Source of the DNA: Klebsormidium nitens
Lineage: Eukaryota; Plantae; Klebsormidiophyceae
Reading direction: 5' to 3'
Length of the DNA stretch: 64,000 nucleotides
NCBI GenBank assembly: GCA_000708835.1
Contig: DF237042.1
Coordinates: forward strand, 146,771 to 210,770
Part shown: in pieces, positions 38,201 through 50,262 of the stretch
How positions within the stretch are numbered: the first letter of the stretch is position 1
Layout: each line of letters starts with the position of its first letter
Notes under the pieces: model-generated
What the model was told of the DNA's origin: nothing
Database searches by the model: none
What the model saw: only the letters and a program-made list of their open reading frames with translations
Made by a program: the position numbers and the translations under genes

Positions 38201-41200
38201 CCGACGATCGCGATTGAGAAGAAGGTCAGCTCCAAGGCGGGGAACGCGAGGAAAGCGGGGGACGCGTTCTTGCCCAGGCACCGGGACAGCGGGCCCTTGA
38301 GCAGGTGCAGGACGCAGAGCGCGAAAAGGATCACCGTGACCCAAAACATGACGCGGAGAAGGCTGCGGAGTCTGCACACGAAGATGTGAACGGCTGGTCA
38401 ATTTGGCTGTATGAAGGAATAAGATGAGTGGAATGTAACGAGCGGCGGATCTGCAACGCTGGTCGCCCTCTCCGCAGCAAGTGCCCGGTTTGCAGCGCAA
38501 CCGCAGATTCGGTTAAGAGGCCAATCATGGACAAGCCAGAAAGCCACGTGGCAAGAGGGTGTAAGTCAAAGAAGAGAAGCCAGCTGCAAGCGCGGAATCT
38601 GCTAGGATCGGAAGGGTTGCAAAGCCGCGGAAACGGACGGCCCGTTGCTTTTCTTTGACGTTACCGTTCGACCACGGTCAGCTTAACCTGCATGGCTATC
38701 AGCTTGTTCTCAACACTTACTAGATAGATGGAGATAATAACGAGTCAAAACGATGACGAGTTGAAAAAGGCTCGTACCCGTTGTGTCCTGGCTGCTGGAA
38801 CAAGCTGAGCGAGTTGATGCTCAGTTCTTTGCTGTATTCCGCAGGCGACGCCTCGAACGACACGTTTCCGCCGGAATAGAACGTCCTCGGACGGGCCTGG
38901 TTCAGCAGCTTCGTGTTGGCCGGAACCGTTCCGCTGGTTCCGTTGGCGGGCAGCGTCACCGCCTGGAGGAGCGCCCGCCGGTTCCGCTCGCTCGTGGCAG
39001 CGAGGATTCCGTTCGCCGGAACACCGGAACCGAGCGCCTGGGGGCGGTCCGTGTAGGGGATGGGGCTGTCGTGGGCGATTCCGTCGAAGGGGCTAGGCCA
39101 GCGGAAAAGGGAAAAGGCGAGAGCGGAACTGGCGTCGATGTAGGGGGTCGGCAGAGGAGCGTCGAGGCTCTGACGCGCGGCAAATAGACTGAGGCTGGAG
39201 GCGACATTCTGCAGTGAAACGAGGAGACGAAATCGATACACGTGGCCGGAGAGTCTTAGCTGAGCATCTGCGAAGTATCTGCATGTGAGAAATCGGGCTT
39301 TGGCTTTCAAAATCACTAGTCACTTGCAACTCTTATGCTTAAGCATGATGAACAAAGGAATCTCCAGATACGTGACAGGTGCGTTAAAGAGCAACTGAAG
39401 CAGACGACGAATGTGCTGAGAGTACGTACGATCAAGAGGCTCGAAGACTGCTGCATGATTCCGCCAGCAGCCATGACCCCCACGGAAGCGACCGCAACGG
39501 CGCGGATTCCGGTCTGAAGCCCCTTGTTGACCTCGTCTGCAAAGATCGGAAGGTGTCGGGCTCTTGCAGGGGACAAAGAACCATTTTGGACAGATACTAA
39601 GATATACGCGGTCATTGATATTGATAGTTGATATTTGATAATCTGCAGACTTTTTCATCGATTTAGCTGCTGAATAACTAAGTGTCAATACTGATTGGTA
39701 ATTGATCAAAGCCCTTTCATCTCGCTTTACTTCAATTATCCAAATCCATAGTCTCATCGGGTCTCTGTCACCTTTATCTGATGTTGATCTAGGTCTGGGC
39801 AAATCCGGACGCTTTGAACGCTCTTCCACAGGATCTGATTTCAAATATCGCAGCCACGCTCGAAGGGTTTGCCAAGCGCGGAGTCGCATCCAGGACAAAC
39901 TGGAAACGATGCGAGATCCTTGGCAAACAGCACTCGAAGCGGGTCGTCAGCAAAATTACAAACTTCCAAAGGCGCGGATTGGTGACACGTGGAGCGCTTG
40001 GATTGGCTCCTCACAGTGCAGCACTTGCAGCTGATTGGACGCAGTGTTCCCGGTGCCCACAATACTGAAGGCGCTGTCGGCAGGAACTTGGATGACGAGA
40101 TTGGCTTTCCGGTCGATGAGAACCGTCAGGACGTACGAAAAGCCGTCCGCTGTGGCAGCGTTCGGACCGGCCCTGCACGCGCGCACGTGAGGTTTTCGGG
40201 TTAGGTCTAGATTGCTGGGTTAGTTGGGCGGTAAGAAGGGCAGAATCACTGGCTGCAAGCATCTTGAAAAGTTCTGTCAGGACGTACGAAGAGGCAGCGT
40301 TCGGTCCAGCCCTGCACACAAGCGCATATGGAAGGATTTGGGCGAAACGTCGGGTTTGAAGTTAGACTACTGGGTAACCAGGCTGTAACCAGGGCAGAAC
40401 TGCTGAGTGCATCTTGGAGCATCGTAAAGTTCTGTTCGGACGTACGAAAAGCCGTCCGCCGTGGGAGTGTTCGGACCAGCCGTGCGCGCCCGGATGACAA
40501 AGCCTGGGCTTTGCGGGTTTGACAGGAGAAGCCCGTTTTCAATGGGCAAGGGATATTATGGGGTCCGGAATCTTCCTCAATATCAGCGAGAACGGGACCA
40601 CGTGTTACCGTTCGCAAGCCTCGTGTCCTGCAACCGGCCTATATTAATTCGAGAGCAATCCAAACTTGGAAAGTGCTTAGAAGGTTTCCCGCCACTTTGC
40701 AACGACAAGAAACCAATTTCAAATAAAGTTTCACCGGCTTAAAGTCAATCGAGAAGTGTTTGAGTGATCAAGAAGGAAGCGGCCGGACTTTCCGCCTTGC
40801 CGGGCCAGCAACAGAGCGGAACGGAGCGGAACAACGCATTTTTACTTCCTCTGATGCGGATGCAGAACCTCTTTCTTTGCAACGAATTTTCCACTCACCT
40901 AATGATCGTGCCATTAGTGATAGCCATCGTGTTTGCGTCGAATCCGAACACCTTCTTGTCAAACGTCAGCACGAGCGTCACCTCCTGGTCACGGGAAACC
41001 CCGGGTTCCGTCGAGAGTGCGACCACGCCGTTCGGGTCCTTGTTCACCAGCTGAAGGAAAGCGGTCGGAGGAGCGGAATCTGCCCGGGACAGGAGATTAT
41101 CATAGGGTTAGAAGAGGGTTAGCGCAGACTCAACAGTGGGTTAAGGTAGGGGCTGTCGATTCTGTATTGAGTTGACGCACAACCTTTGTTCACCAGCTGA

Positions 41201-44200
41201 TCGAAGAAGGGCGGTCGGGGCAGCCGTATATGCCCGGGGCAGAAGACAAGCATCAAGTTAAAAGCGGGTTACACAGGGGTTGTAGAATCGAGATACCGCC
41301 CCGTTGGATTCTGACTCAGAGGCCTGCTCAATCAACGCTCTTAAGGTCGATATTTAGAGAACTGACGATTCGGGGTCAATCAAGATTTGGATATTGAGGT
41401 GGGTCAGAATCGAATAAGGGTTAGGGATGAGGTCTGCGATTCTTTTACATCTTCAAACGGGGGAGGCAACAAAACCCAGAGAAAATCTGATGATGTTGAA
41501 CGCCTAACCAGCGGGTTTAGGCCCACTAACCGTGATACAAGACGTACGACGACGCGGCAGACAGTTGGAGAGGGTTCCCTGCCCGGTCGAAAACGTTGGC
41601 CGGGTTAACGCCAATCCTGATCAGCAATGGGCCGGTGCCGATCGGTACGATCTGCATCAGCCGGGGGGTCAGTACACGTCAGCAAGGGCTCCTCAGGTGA
41701 AACAAAGAACTTGGTTGTTGAGGAAATTGCTGGGCTCCAGCCGGAGAGAGAGTCTCGACGGGAAGGAGATTGTCAGAGATGAAAGGAGTCTGACAGTCCA
41801 GGGCGACAAGTGGTCGGCATCTGAAGGAGCGGAAGAGTCTGTGAGCAGAAATCCCAAGAGATCAAGCGGGCTGTACGACAAAAGGGAGTTGCAGGACAGA
41901 GCGAAAACACGTCAAGGGAGGTCGCTATCTCTGCAAAATTCGTGGACTTGGTTCATCCACTCGTTTCGAGCACCAGCTATGCTTTTCTAGGATGTGCAGA
42001 AAAAGCGAGCACTGCGAGAGCGCCTTTGCCGCCAATAAGCTATCGCTTCCAGTTTCTCTCTCGTCATTCACCAGATCGCATAACGTCTGCGCGACGAGTC
42101 CCTCTAATCCGTAGCTGATTCAGTTCGCTCTGCTTTCAAACTCACTTGGAAAGAGTAGGCGATTGGACCGGAGGGCAAATCCCCGGTCGCCTGAAGCAGC
42201 GCCCGGCGCCTTCCGGCTGCTGACGTGTCCTCCCGGAAGTTGACCAACCGCGCGTTCTCCAGATTAAAAGCGTCTGACGTCAGGAGGCCGACCGGTTCGC
42301 TGGCAACCGCGTAACCGGGGCAAGGCTCCTGCGAATCCCACGCCATGAACACGGTCTGACGTTCGCCGCTGGCGTCGACAAAGATCTTGGGCGTCTCGCT
42401 GACGTCAGCTTCGAGGGCGATGGAGATGGTGGGGGGGGTCGTGTCTGCAGAAGGAGGTGGGCGGTTTGCTTTGTGAATGATGTTCCAATCCATCCTTCGA
42501 GCGGTTCGTTTGCTTGTCATAGAACCGAACTTACACTTCTGCTTTTCGTACTCGAAAGGAAAGCTGACAAGCTCTCAGGTTATGCAAGCTACCGTCGGAA
42601 AGTTGGAAGACGTTGAAAAGACAAGGGAATGCAAAACCTCGAAACCTTCGCTTTCGGAACCGTGTCCTCGAGGCTTTGGCAAACTTTCTTGAGTCTGAAG
42701 TACCACTGAATTTGCGCTCGGTTGGTATCGACGTTTGAGAACTGAATTCGTCCATTAACCCCTCGAATGTGATCGATCCAAAGTCAAGTTGAAACGTAAG
42801 GGCGCGACAAAGTCGTACCAACAGTGACGAAGGTGCTGAGAAGGGCGACCGGGGCTGACGCGCCGGGGGCCGAATAGAAGGCAGCCGTCACCCTGTGGTC
42901 GCCGTCGTCCAGACCGGTCGTCTCAAAGGTCGCCCGGGTGTTGCCACAGGGCTCGGGAGCAGCGTCATCGACCTGGAATATGCGTCCGGAACAGGGGTTA
43001 GCAGTAACCAGACTTGGTTTGAGGGCTGTTTGTGGAAGTAGCAGAGACGAACCGAGTGAATTAGTTACCTGAAAAATACCTTAGGGAACTGGTCTGCTAC
43101 ACGGTTTTATGGACGTTTGCGCTTCCACTTCGAGAAGAGTCGATCGCTTTATTTTACTTGAGGACTAACCATGAAAAAAGACTTGGCAAAGTGGACAACT
43201 TCAGCTGCTGTGTTTGTCAAGGAGGGAAACAAAGCCTGACATGATTGGCGAACGTATCGTCTGCAATGTTCAATTTCGTGGTTCAGAATCTTGTAACGAA
43301 GTTTCCAAACACATCGGATCACGCAAAGTCATTTGATGCTGGCGCATGGCATGTTTGATCGCAGGTCGCCCTTCATGAACAGTGCATCTACAGGCAGCGC
43401 CCTCACAGCCACTTGCAAGCCGACACGTGGCAGCCTACCTGGCAGACAGCGGTGCACGTGGGACCGCAGAGAGCGGCTGTTGCTGGATCGAGCTCGAATG
43501 GTACCGTCAGAGAGGCGCTCTTGGAAAACCTCAGCACCGGGGGAAACTGCAGTCCCAGAGAAAGATTGTGAGAAAAAGATCAGTTCTCGCTTCTCACTTT
43601 TCGTTTCTGCGCCACTTACCTCATGCCAAAGGTATCTCACTCGATGGTTCAAACTAGATCACTGAACCCTCACTCTAAGTATGTGGCACTAACAAAACGA
43701 ACTGTCTTCAGCAAAGAACGAAGCAGAGACATAAGTGTCGTCACAAGCAGCTGCCCTAGCTTCTTATTCTTTTGTTGACGCAAACATCTGGACTTTACCA
43801 TGCTTTGGGCCATGGGATAAGGTTTATCGTCGATTTCAGCCGCAACATTTCCTCACCTGTGATACACCGCCCAGGTTTGCTGGTGTGGGGGTCGTGAACC
43901 ACTGTTCATACTCGGCTGTACCGGGCTCTGAATTCAGGTTCCTGACCGTGCGCAGAAGCTCTGAGTGGTCCGTCGGTTGAAACGCCCCTGGCAGGCCCGG
44001 AACCTCGATCAGCGCCGGGCTGCTGACGGCGATGACGTTGGCAGCGGGGGCCTGAGTGACGACCAGTATGGGTGACTCGGTGCTGACTTCACTGACCGTG
44101 GGGATCGGCATAGGAGGGGGCGGGATGACGGAGTAAGCTGGGGTTGGTGCGGGGGCGGTTTGGAGAGATGTGATGGTGCTTGGGGGGGTAGCTGGAAGAG

Positions 44201-44396
44201 TTAGAGCAGGGGGGGGGGAGGGGAGGATGAAGGTTTTGGGGTTGGTCGGGGAGAGTAGGGCTGGGGGAGGGGAGGGCAGCTGTAAGAGCTTCCGGCTCCC
44301 TTGGCGGATGACGTCGGTGTCAGGCTCGTGAAGGGGAGTGCTGGACACGTGGCTAAGGAAGGCCAGGATGACGAAGAGTGTACGGATGAGCGCCAT
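35208..44396 (-). CDS. Uncharacterised secretory-pathway membrane protein: signal peptide, Pro/Ser/Thr-rich stalk, bacterial Ig-like domains, multi-TM C-terminus (resembles the Arabidopsis At3g48200 family as recalled)
   Basis: MALIRTLFVILAFLSHVSS; Pro-rich segment; VDDAAPEPCG...GLDDGDHRV; DTTPPTISIAL; VFDRAGN; DSAPPTAFLQL...LTFDKKVFGFDANTMAITNGTII; VPADSAFSIVGTGNTASNQLQVLHY; TM segments including LRVMFWVTVIL, FPALELTFF, KYGFFFSDYCG, LFLLK|PFVVATLQLAELFS; terminal exon 35208-35280 LVSLTLKAVAWFRGKATALPVHF*. Confidence 0.85.
35790..35900 (-). repeat. 66-bp tandem duplication spanning a 3' splice site; upstream copy has AG changed to AA
   Basis: Minus strand: gtcttggtcgtccaa/ccgtttgtg (35856) versus gtcttcctcgtccag/ccgttcgtg (35790). 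Confidence 0.8.
36682..36747. repeat. ~26-bp intronic tandem repeat
   Basis: agatttcgcatctcagatccttgat / agactttcgcatttcagatctttgac / agacttc. Confidence 0.8.
40125..40500 (-). repeat. Three copies (139- and 170-bp spacing) of a 3' splice junction plus exon start
   Basis: Minus strand: gcgtgcag/ggccggtccgaacgctgcc...ttcgtacgtcc at 40172; gtgtgcag/ggctggaccgaacgctgcc at 40311; gcgcgcac/ggctggtccgaacactccc at 40481. Confidence 0.85.
41040..41290 (-). repeat. ~150-bp duplication spanning a 3' splice site; upstream copy has AG changed to AT
   Basis: Minus strand: cccgggcag/attccgctcctccgaccgc...cagctggtgaacaa (41079) versus cccgggcat/atacggctgccccgaccgc...cagctggtgaacaa (41229). Confidence 0.85.
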
Positions 44397-44527
44397 TGTA
44401 GTTTCGTGACTGGGCTTTCGATTCACCTGGAAAAAGAGTGTGCAAAGTTCAGAGACTCTGAAGATAGACTTTGCAATGTTCAGTGTCAGTTAGATGGTTG
44501 AAGGACAAGTCAGAGATAACATGGATT

Positions 44528-46700
44528 TCAGCCATGGAAAGTACTCCATTGGCAGCAACATGGGTCAGAAGAAACCAGAGACCAGCGAAGGTAAAAGACA
44601 CCTGCAAAACGATTGCCTTGGGCCCTGCTTGGATTTGAAACATTACTCAGCCTCGTTAACCACTCTGAGATGGAGATGCTATGATCCTGCAAGGAGAGAA
44701 AAGCCGAGGAACTAATCTTATCAGACCATGTAGGAACGAGAAATAGCCAATAAGTTAATGACACCTGGAACACTGATCTGAAAATGTCTCTCTCAATTCT
44801 GTGCACAGAGTTGAAGTGCAATCTGAATCTCATTCCAAGTGCCTCCAACCCAAAGACTGAGTAGGCTCCATACGCAATCTTTGTGGGCTAAGTTGAGCAC
44901 AATGCCAAAGAGTAAAGTCAAATACTCTAGCACCTTATCTCAAAAGCCCCCAACCCGCAAAGCTTTGAGCGAGTCTCCTTGTTCCAACATGTGGTCACAT
45001 GCAAATTGCTCCCTGAATTTGCCACTGACAGGGTCTACATGAACCAAGTGTTAGAAGGGATTTGGGGGCTTCCTCATTCACTGAGTTGGTTTAGAGCAAC
45101 AGGAAGGTCAAGTTTAGGAGCACTGATGGAATTGTCAAAGCAACAGAAAGAACCCAGAAAACTCTCATGAAGGTTCTGTTTGGCCTGCAATCAGTAAATC
45201 CAGCTTGAAAAGGGTCTGGTTCAGAGCTCCCACCCTGAAGCTTTCAAACAAAGAAGTGAAGACATTTGGTCACTGGGCAACCCAGAAATATGACAGCCCA
45301 AAGCCAGGGCTTTCTTAGGACAATAATGCACTCTTGTAGTACCTATCTGATCTTTGCCATAAGAGCCTTGCTTCTTCAAGACAATAATGGAGTCTGTCAG
45401 AATCTGGAAACTGTGCACAAGAAAGAATGCTTTCATGTAGAATTTCCTTTTGGAACTCAATCAATAACATGACAAGATAGGAGTCTTGTAAGTCTCACCT
45501 GAGCAAGCCCGATGCCAAGAGGAAGCTTTGATGTCTGAGCCTCTGAGGAATGGTCCTTCAAGTAAGGGATCCCCCACCTGCACAGGATACTGTCACATCA
45601 TTGGTGTGGGTCGTTCACTGGGCATTTGGGTAGAGAGAACGGGCTCTTCACTCCTCTTCCTGAATATCTCAGAAGGGCTGAGCAAGGCTGGCTGCAGTGA
45701 GAAAGTTCAATAAGGTTACACTTTCGTTGAGGAGCTGGATGAAACCCCTTGAAACCCCTGGTTTGTAGACACAGCTCCAACCTAACAGGTTCTCTAAGTA
45801 ATCTTTGAACAGGATGCAGTCCACAAAAGCAAAACGGTAGAGACTGTATTATCCATTGATGCTTTCTGGCAAACCAGCAATCAATCAGAGCAACAGTGGC
45901 CAATGAAATGGGGGGGGGGACGAGTAACTGAAAGCTTGGCAACCTCTGTTCATGGCCTTTGTTCATTGGAAGCATCCTGATTCCCATGGTGCACAAAGAA
46001 TGGACACATGTTTTCCCAGAGAGACGAGAGGCGAGAAATGCACAAAGGATCAATCACTGCAAGCTGCCAACAAGCCATCTCTCCCCAAAGATTTGGGCCT
46101 CTTCTCTGTTATTCTTGGACCCCTCTTCGCCCAGGGGCCAATGCAACCTGTGAAAAGAATGAAAGCGTACAATACACAACATCAATGATTTGTGTATCCC
46201 AGTCACTGCTGCAATGGTCAAGCCATCAATTCAGTAGTCCTGCCGTCTCACCTTGTGTCGAATCCTGAGTAGGCCTCCGACCTCTTTAACGCCCTTGGTG
46301 AATGTAGAGTCGCAAATAGCACAACCACAGCACAGGAGAGCTGCTCGGATGGGCCACCCCTGAATGTTTACGCGGCGAATACTCTCCTCAGCAGAATAAC
46401 TGAATCCTTCCACATCGGCAGTCCTCCAGCCGCGAGTGACTACTTGATGGCTCCTATCTGTTTTGTTTCCGAAGTGATTGCTGCAATGCAAGCATCAGGT
46501 TTCCTGAGCTGGCTGTACGATGCAGTATGGCAACCTGAGGGGGAACCAGATGTAAAGGTAGACTCGTCGCTTTTTGCAGGGGCAGCTTTTCGCGGCAGCT
46601 GATGAACATGCTCGCTGGTCAGCAGTGCGCAAAGCAGATCAGAACCACATTTCAAGGAACAACTTGAAAGTAGTAGTCCTACCAATTGTCAATCGGTCCA
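44528..46700 (-). CDS. Possible unidentified multi-exon gene; boundaries approximate
   Basis: Minus-strand GT/AG-bounded segments that chain plausibly, e.g. WGIPYLKDHSSEAQTSKLPLGIGLAQ|FPDSDRLHYCLEEARLLWQRSD, plus an open segment LYRFAFVDCILFKDYLENLLGW; no family recognised. Confidence 0.3.
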
Positions 46701-47940
46701 TATTTTTGTTGTCGATTTTACCTACCGCAGCTGTAGCACCCAATTTTACCATGATTCTTTCAGGAAGAGGATCCTGCACGGGCAAAATTTGGCGCCCGCT
46801 GATCTGACCTTTGAGTATAAGGAGGTGCTGCCATTGCTTCTCGACCGATTAATTCAAATTGCCCCCGGCTTCCCTCCTCTTCGGGCCTTCCTTTTACAGC
46901 TCTAAGCTAGTATGCTGACTTTAACATCGTAATAAAATCGAGGCCCGAGCATCGTCGCCTAAGAAATACGACACTGCTGTTTCTCCGGTCGAAACCTTTC
47001 GACGCAATCCTACTCCAATCGGTGCGTCCTTCCCATGATTTTCGACAGACTCGGGCTAGTGGCCCTACAGGAGTACTGAGCTATCCCGAAAGAAACCATG
47101 ATATCGGATCCTGATTCAGAGCATTCACGCAGCAAACAACGAACAAATTCGTGCTCGGTCAATTTGCCTCAAGTCGATCAGCGCATGCCCTTTGGCGACT
47201 CGGAAACGCTGATCGAAACCACCGTACGGTACAAACAACCTCATCATCATACCGGCCCGCATACCGGCACGGCGGCAGCTAGAGATCATGCCGAGGGCAT
47301 CCCTTCCGTTTTCTGGTCGAGCTCATCGCCGTGTACGGTCGTTTCCTGCCGCCCATTCTCGCCTTACATGTTTTGCGGGAGAGACGGGGGGAATGCTTAT
47401 AGGTTTACTCAGCAGGCTCTTGACAGATTCTCTAAACCCGCGTCTTTATCGCCTCTTAAAACTCACTTTCTTGCTTGCTTTTAATATCGAACACCATTCG
47501 TTTCCGATCTAATACCGGACTAACTTGAAAGAGTTTGCAAGGCTCGGACCCATGACTCTGGAGTCTGCGGAGAATGGGAAACGGCCCAACCGACTTCTTA
47601 CCGGCGCTCGTAATATTCTCATCCATCAATCATATTAGGTAGTAATACGTATATAGGTATGAGCCCTGGCCCTCGTGAGTCGTGACTCTAGTGGTAGATT
47701 GATCTTTGCGAAGAGTGCACCGGAAGGCGCCAACTGGCAAACGGGCAATCGGTCTTGTAAAGTGCATGCAGGTTCTGACAGTAGCGTCAAGTACGGCTGA
47801 AATAAAGCTTCAGTACTAGGCACGGTCCGTACCTGACGGGACTTACAAAGTTGACGAGTAAAGTTTGGGAGACTGTAGAGGATCAGTCGATGGCTGAGGC
47901 CCCGGGCAAAACTAAAAACCTAGCTGGGTGGTGTGACCGA

Positions 47941-48095
47941 CAGACCCTAATGTCACTGGGAAGTGCCCGGTTGTCACCCGGTTGCTTGCGAGACCCTAAT
48001 ATCACAGGGACAGGACAGGGACTCGGAGGGCCCAGTTGTCACCCGGCTGCTCGCGAGACCCTAATTTCAGAGGGAGGGCCCGGTTGCCTCCAGGC
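47941..48095. repeat. Three imperfect tandem copies, ~50-65 bp
   Basis: agaccctaat...g(t/g)gccc(g/a)gttgtcacccgg(t/c)tgct(t/c)gcg repeated. Confidence 0.8.
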
Positions 48096-50262
48096 CACGA
48101 TACGGATGATTACCCTGCGTAAGCTTCCGGGTGTACAAGTCCTCTTACATAAAACAGTACTTTATTTGCAACAGGCCCTTTGGTAGGCCTAGGCTGTAGC
48201 GCGCTAGGTACTGCGGTGGACATGGTGAACACGGTGGACACTGCGCAGTCACCAGTCTGCACTGTACTGTGCAGCTCGTTGCCAATGCCACGAGTGACGG
48301 TACGTACCGTAGGTACTACGGTAGCCATGCACTTCCTCAAGTGGGTGCTGTTTCTGCCGCTTCTGCACTCCCGGGGACGTCCGTACTTTCGACAGGCGGA
48401 TATTGCGACGACAAGCTACAGCGTACAGGCCCCAGGCCCCAGGGCCCAGGCTGCATGCCGGGCCAGACTCCACGCCGCCGCACGGCCGTCACAATTGGCC
48501 GGGACGTCCGTACAACCCGATTCATTTAAGGCGGCGGTTTGCGCGACGACGGTTTTCAAATTTCCGCCTCCTTCGGGTTGTCCGAAGAATTGCCATCTGG
48601 CAAGCGCCGGAGAGCGAGTCGTGACGGCTCGCCCAGACCGTGAACGCCGACAGTCACTAGCACCGAGTGCGGCACTTTCCGAGACAGTCACCCCGTCGGC
48701 CCGGGGCACTTTCTCCGACTAAGTTCCAGCTAAGTAGTTCTGAGTCAGTAAATTTTAGTACGGTATGATCTCGGCCAAGTACTGCCGGCGTATGCCTTTT
48801 GTATGACCGATTTAATCTCAGTATATGCGCGCGGAGCAAATGTCGCGACTCGCATTATCAACACATGCGTATGCCGCGCACGCGTATGAAATTCCATGCA
48901 GTGATCGATGACTGCCACTTTGTCGCCGCTAGCCGGCCGGGTAGACTCTTCCAGGCACATTCCTGGTCCTGGCCGGCATGAAGGATTTGGAGTAGGAGCC
49001 CGGAGGGCTTTTACCGGGTTGAATGTTTCGAGTGGCACTCCGCGGTCGATTAGCTTTTGCGCGTTGCCCACGCTAAAAAACCGAAGTAGGTACCGGTATC
49101 TACACGGTATAAGCAGTACGACAGCGACCGCTTATTACCAGCAAAACCTAATTATATATGCGAGTGTACGTTGACTTCGGGTTACGTAGCCCTGAGGTTA
49201 GGTATCTTTCTGCGCCGGCTAACGATCAAGGTGTTCGTCGGAGCCGGGCATACCGGTAACTAGAACTCGAAGTAGGTACCACAGATCCGGCCACAATTTC
49301 GGAAAGGAGGCAGGCCTTAACCCCTCCGTGAATGTGGTTTGAATCTGACCCCCCCGCGGACCTTCGCTCCGACCTCACTGCAGCTTTGAGTGATCGATAA
49401 TTTGAGCTAGCCGAGCGCAGAAAGATGTAGGATATGAACCCAAATGCGATTCACAGGAGGCCCTTCGACATGCCGCAATCAGGGCACTGCAGCCAGGAGA
49501 ACTGTGCCCATGTGCAGGCGCGGACTTACTCTAAGTTATCGCCTAGCTAGCAGTAATTGGTGCGAAATCTGCTACAAGACACGAAGAGCCGGCTGTACTA
49601 AGATTCTAGGTAGGTAGTAGCTGCCCCCAGAGAGTTACAGGCGCCACCTAAGGCCCATCTGCCGGTGGCCTGGCGATCCGGCAAGCTGTAGGCATTCCGC
49701 ACGTTAGAGACCGAGTCTTCCAGGCGATCCGGAGTCCGCTTAATCTGCCGGAAGCATCCCATACCATCTCCGAAACAGGGGCTCAGGAATCTTGGAGACC
49801 GCTGCCTTCGAAACCCTAGAACTCTTTTACTGACCGTCGCTGCTGCATTGTGCCACTTGACCGTCTGTCAGCTACTCTGCAGCGTTTCTGAACCATCGTA
49901 TGCAAAGGCGCACGTGGGGTATGATTTGCACGGCCGCCTCCCTTAATTAGACTTTCCTGAGCTAGAGCATCATGGTGTGATCGCTTCCATCCGCGACGCA
50001 GTTGCGATGGACTTCTTCTAGGAACCAGCTTTGCCTGGGACGGTAATATCTCAGCATTTGTCTGACAGCGCTCTAGCTTCGAAGGAGCTTCTTGAGTATG
50101 AGGACGGCCCCTGAACATGAACCTAAGCTCCTGTTTTGCATTCTTAGCAAGATAAGATAACCAAAACAGTTTGCACTTCCCTCAGAGACGGTACCCCTAG
50201 GCATGCTTTACAAATAGGGGTATGACTTGGACCGAAGCAGCATCTTTCTCTAGCGGACGAGC

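Noticed and set aside
40125-41290. CRISPR-like array
   Set aside because: The repeats are degenerate splice-junction duplications in a eukaryotic intron, with no unique spacers and no cas genes.
47680-48670. CACTA-like transposon ends (TAGTG near 47690, CACTAG near 48655)
   Set aside because: Wrong orientation for terminal inverted repeats, no extended complementarity, no transposase.
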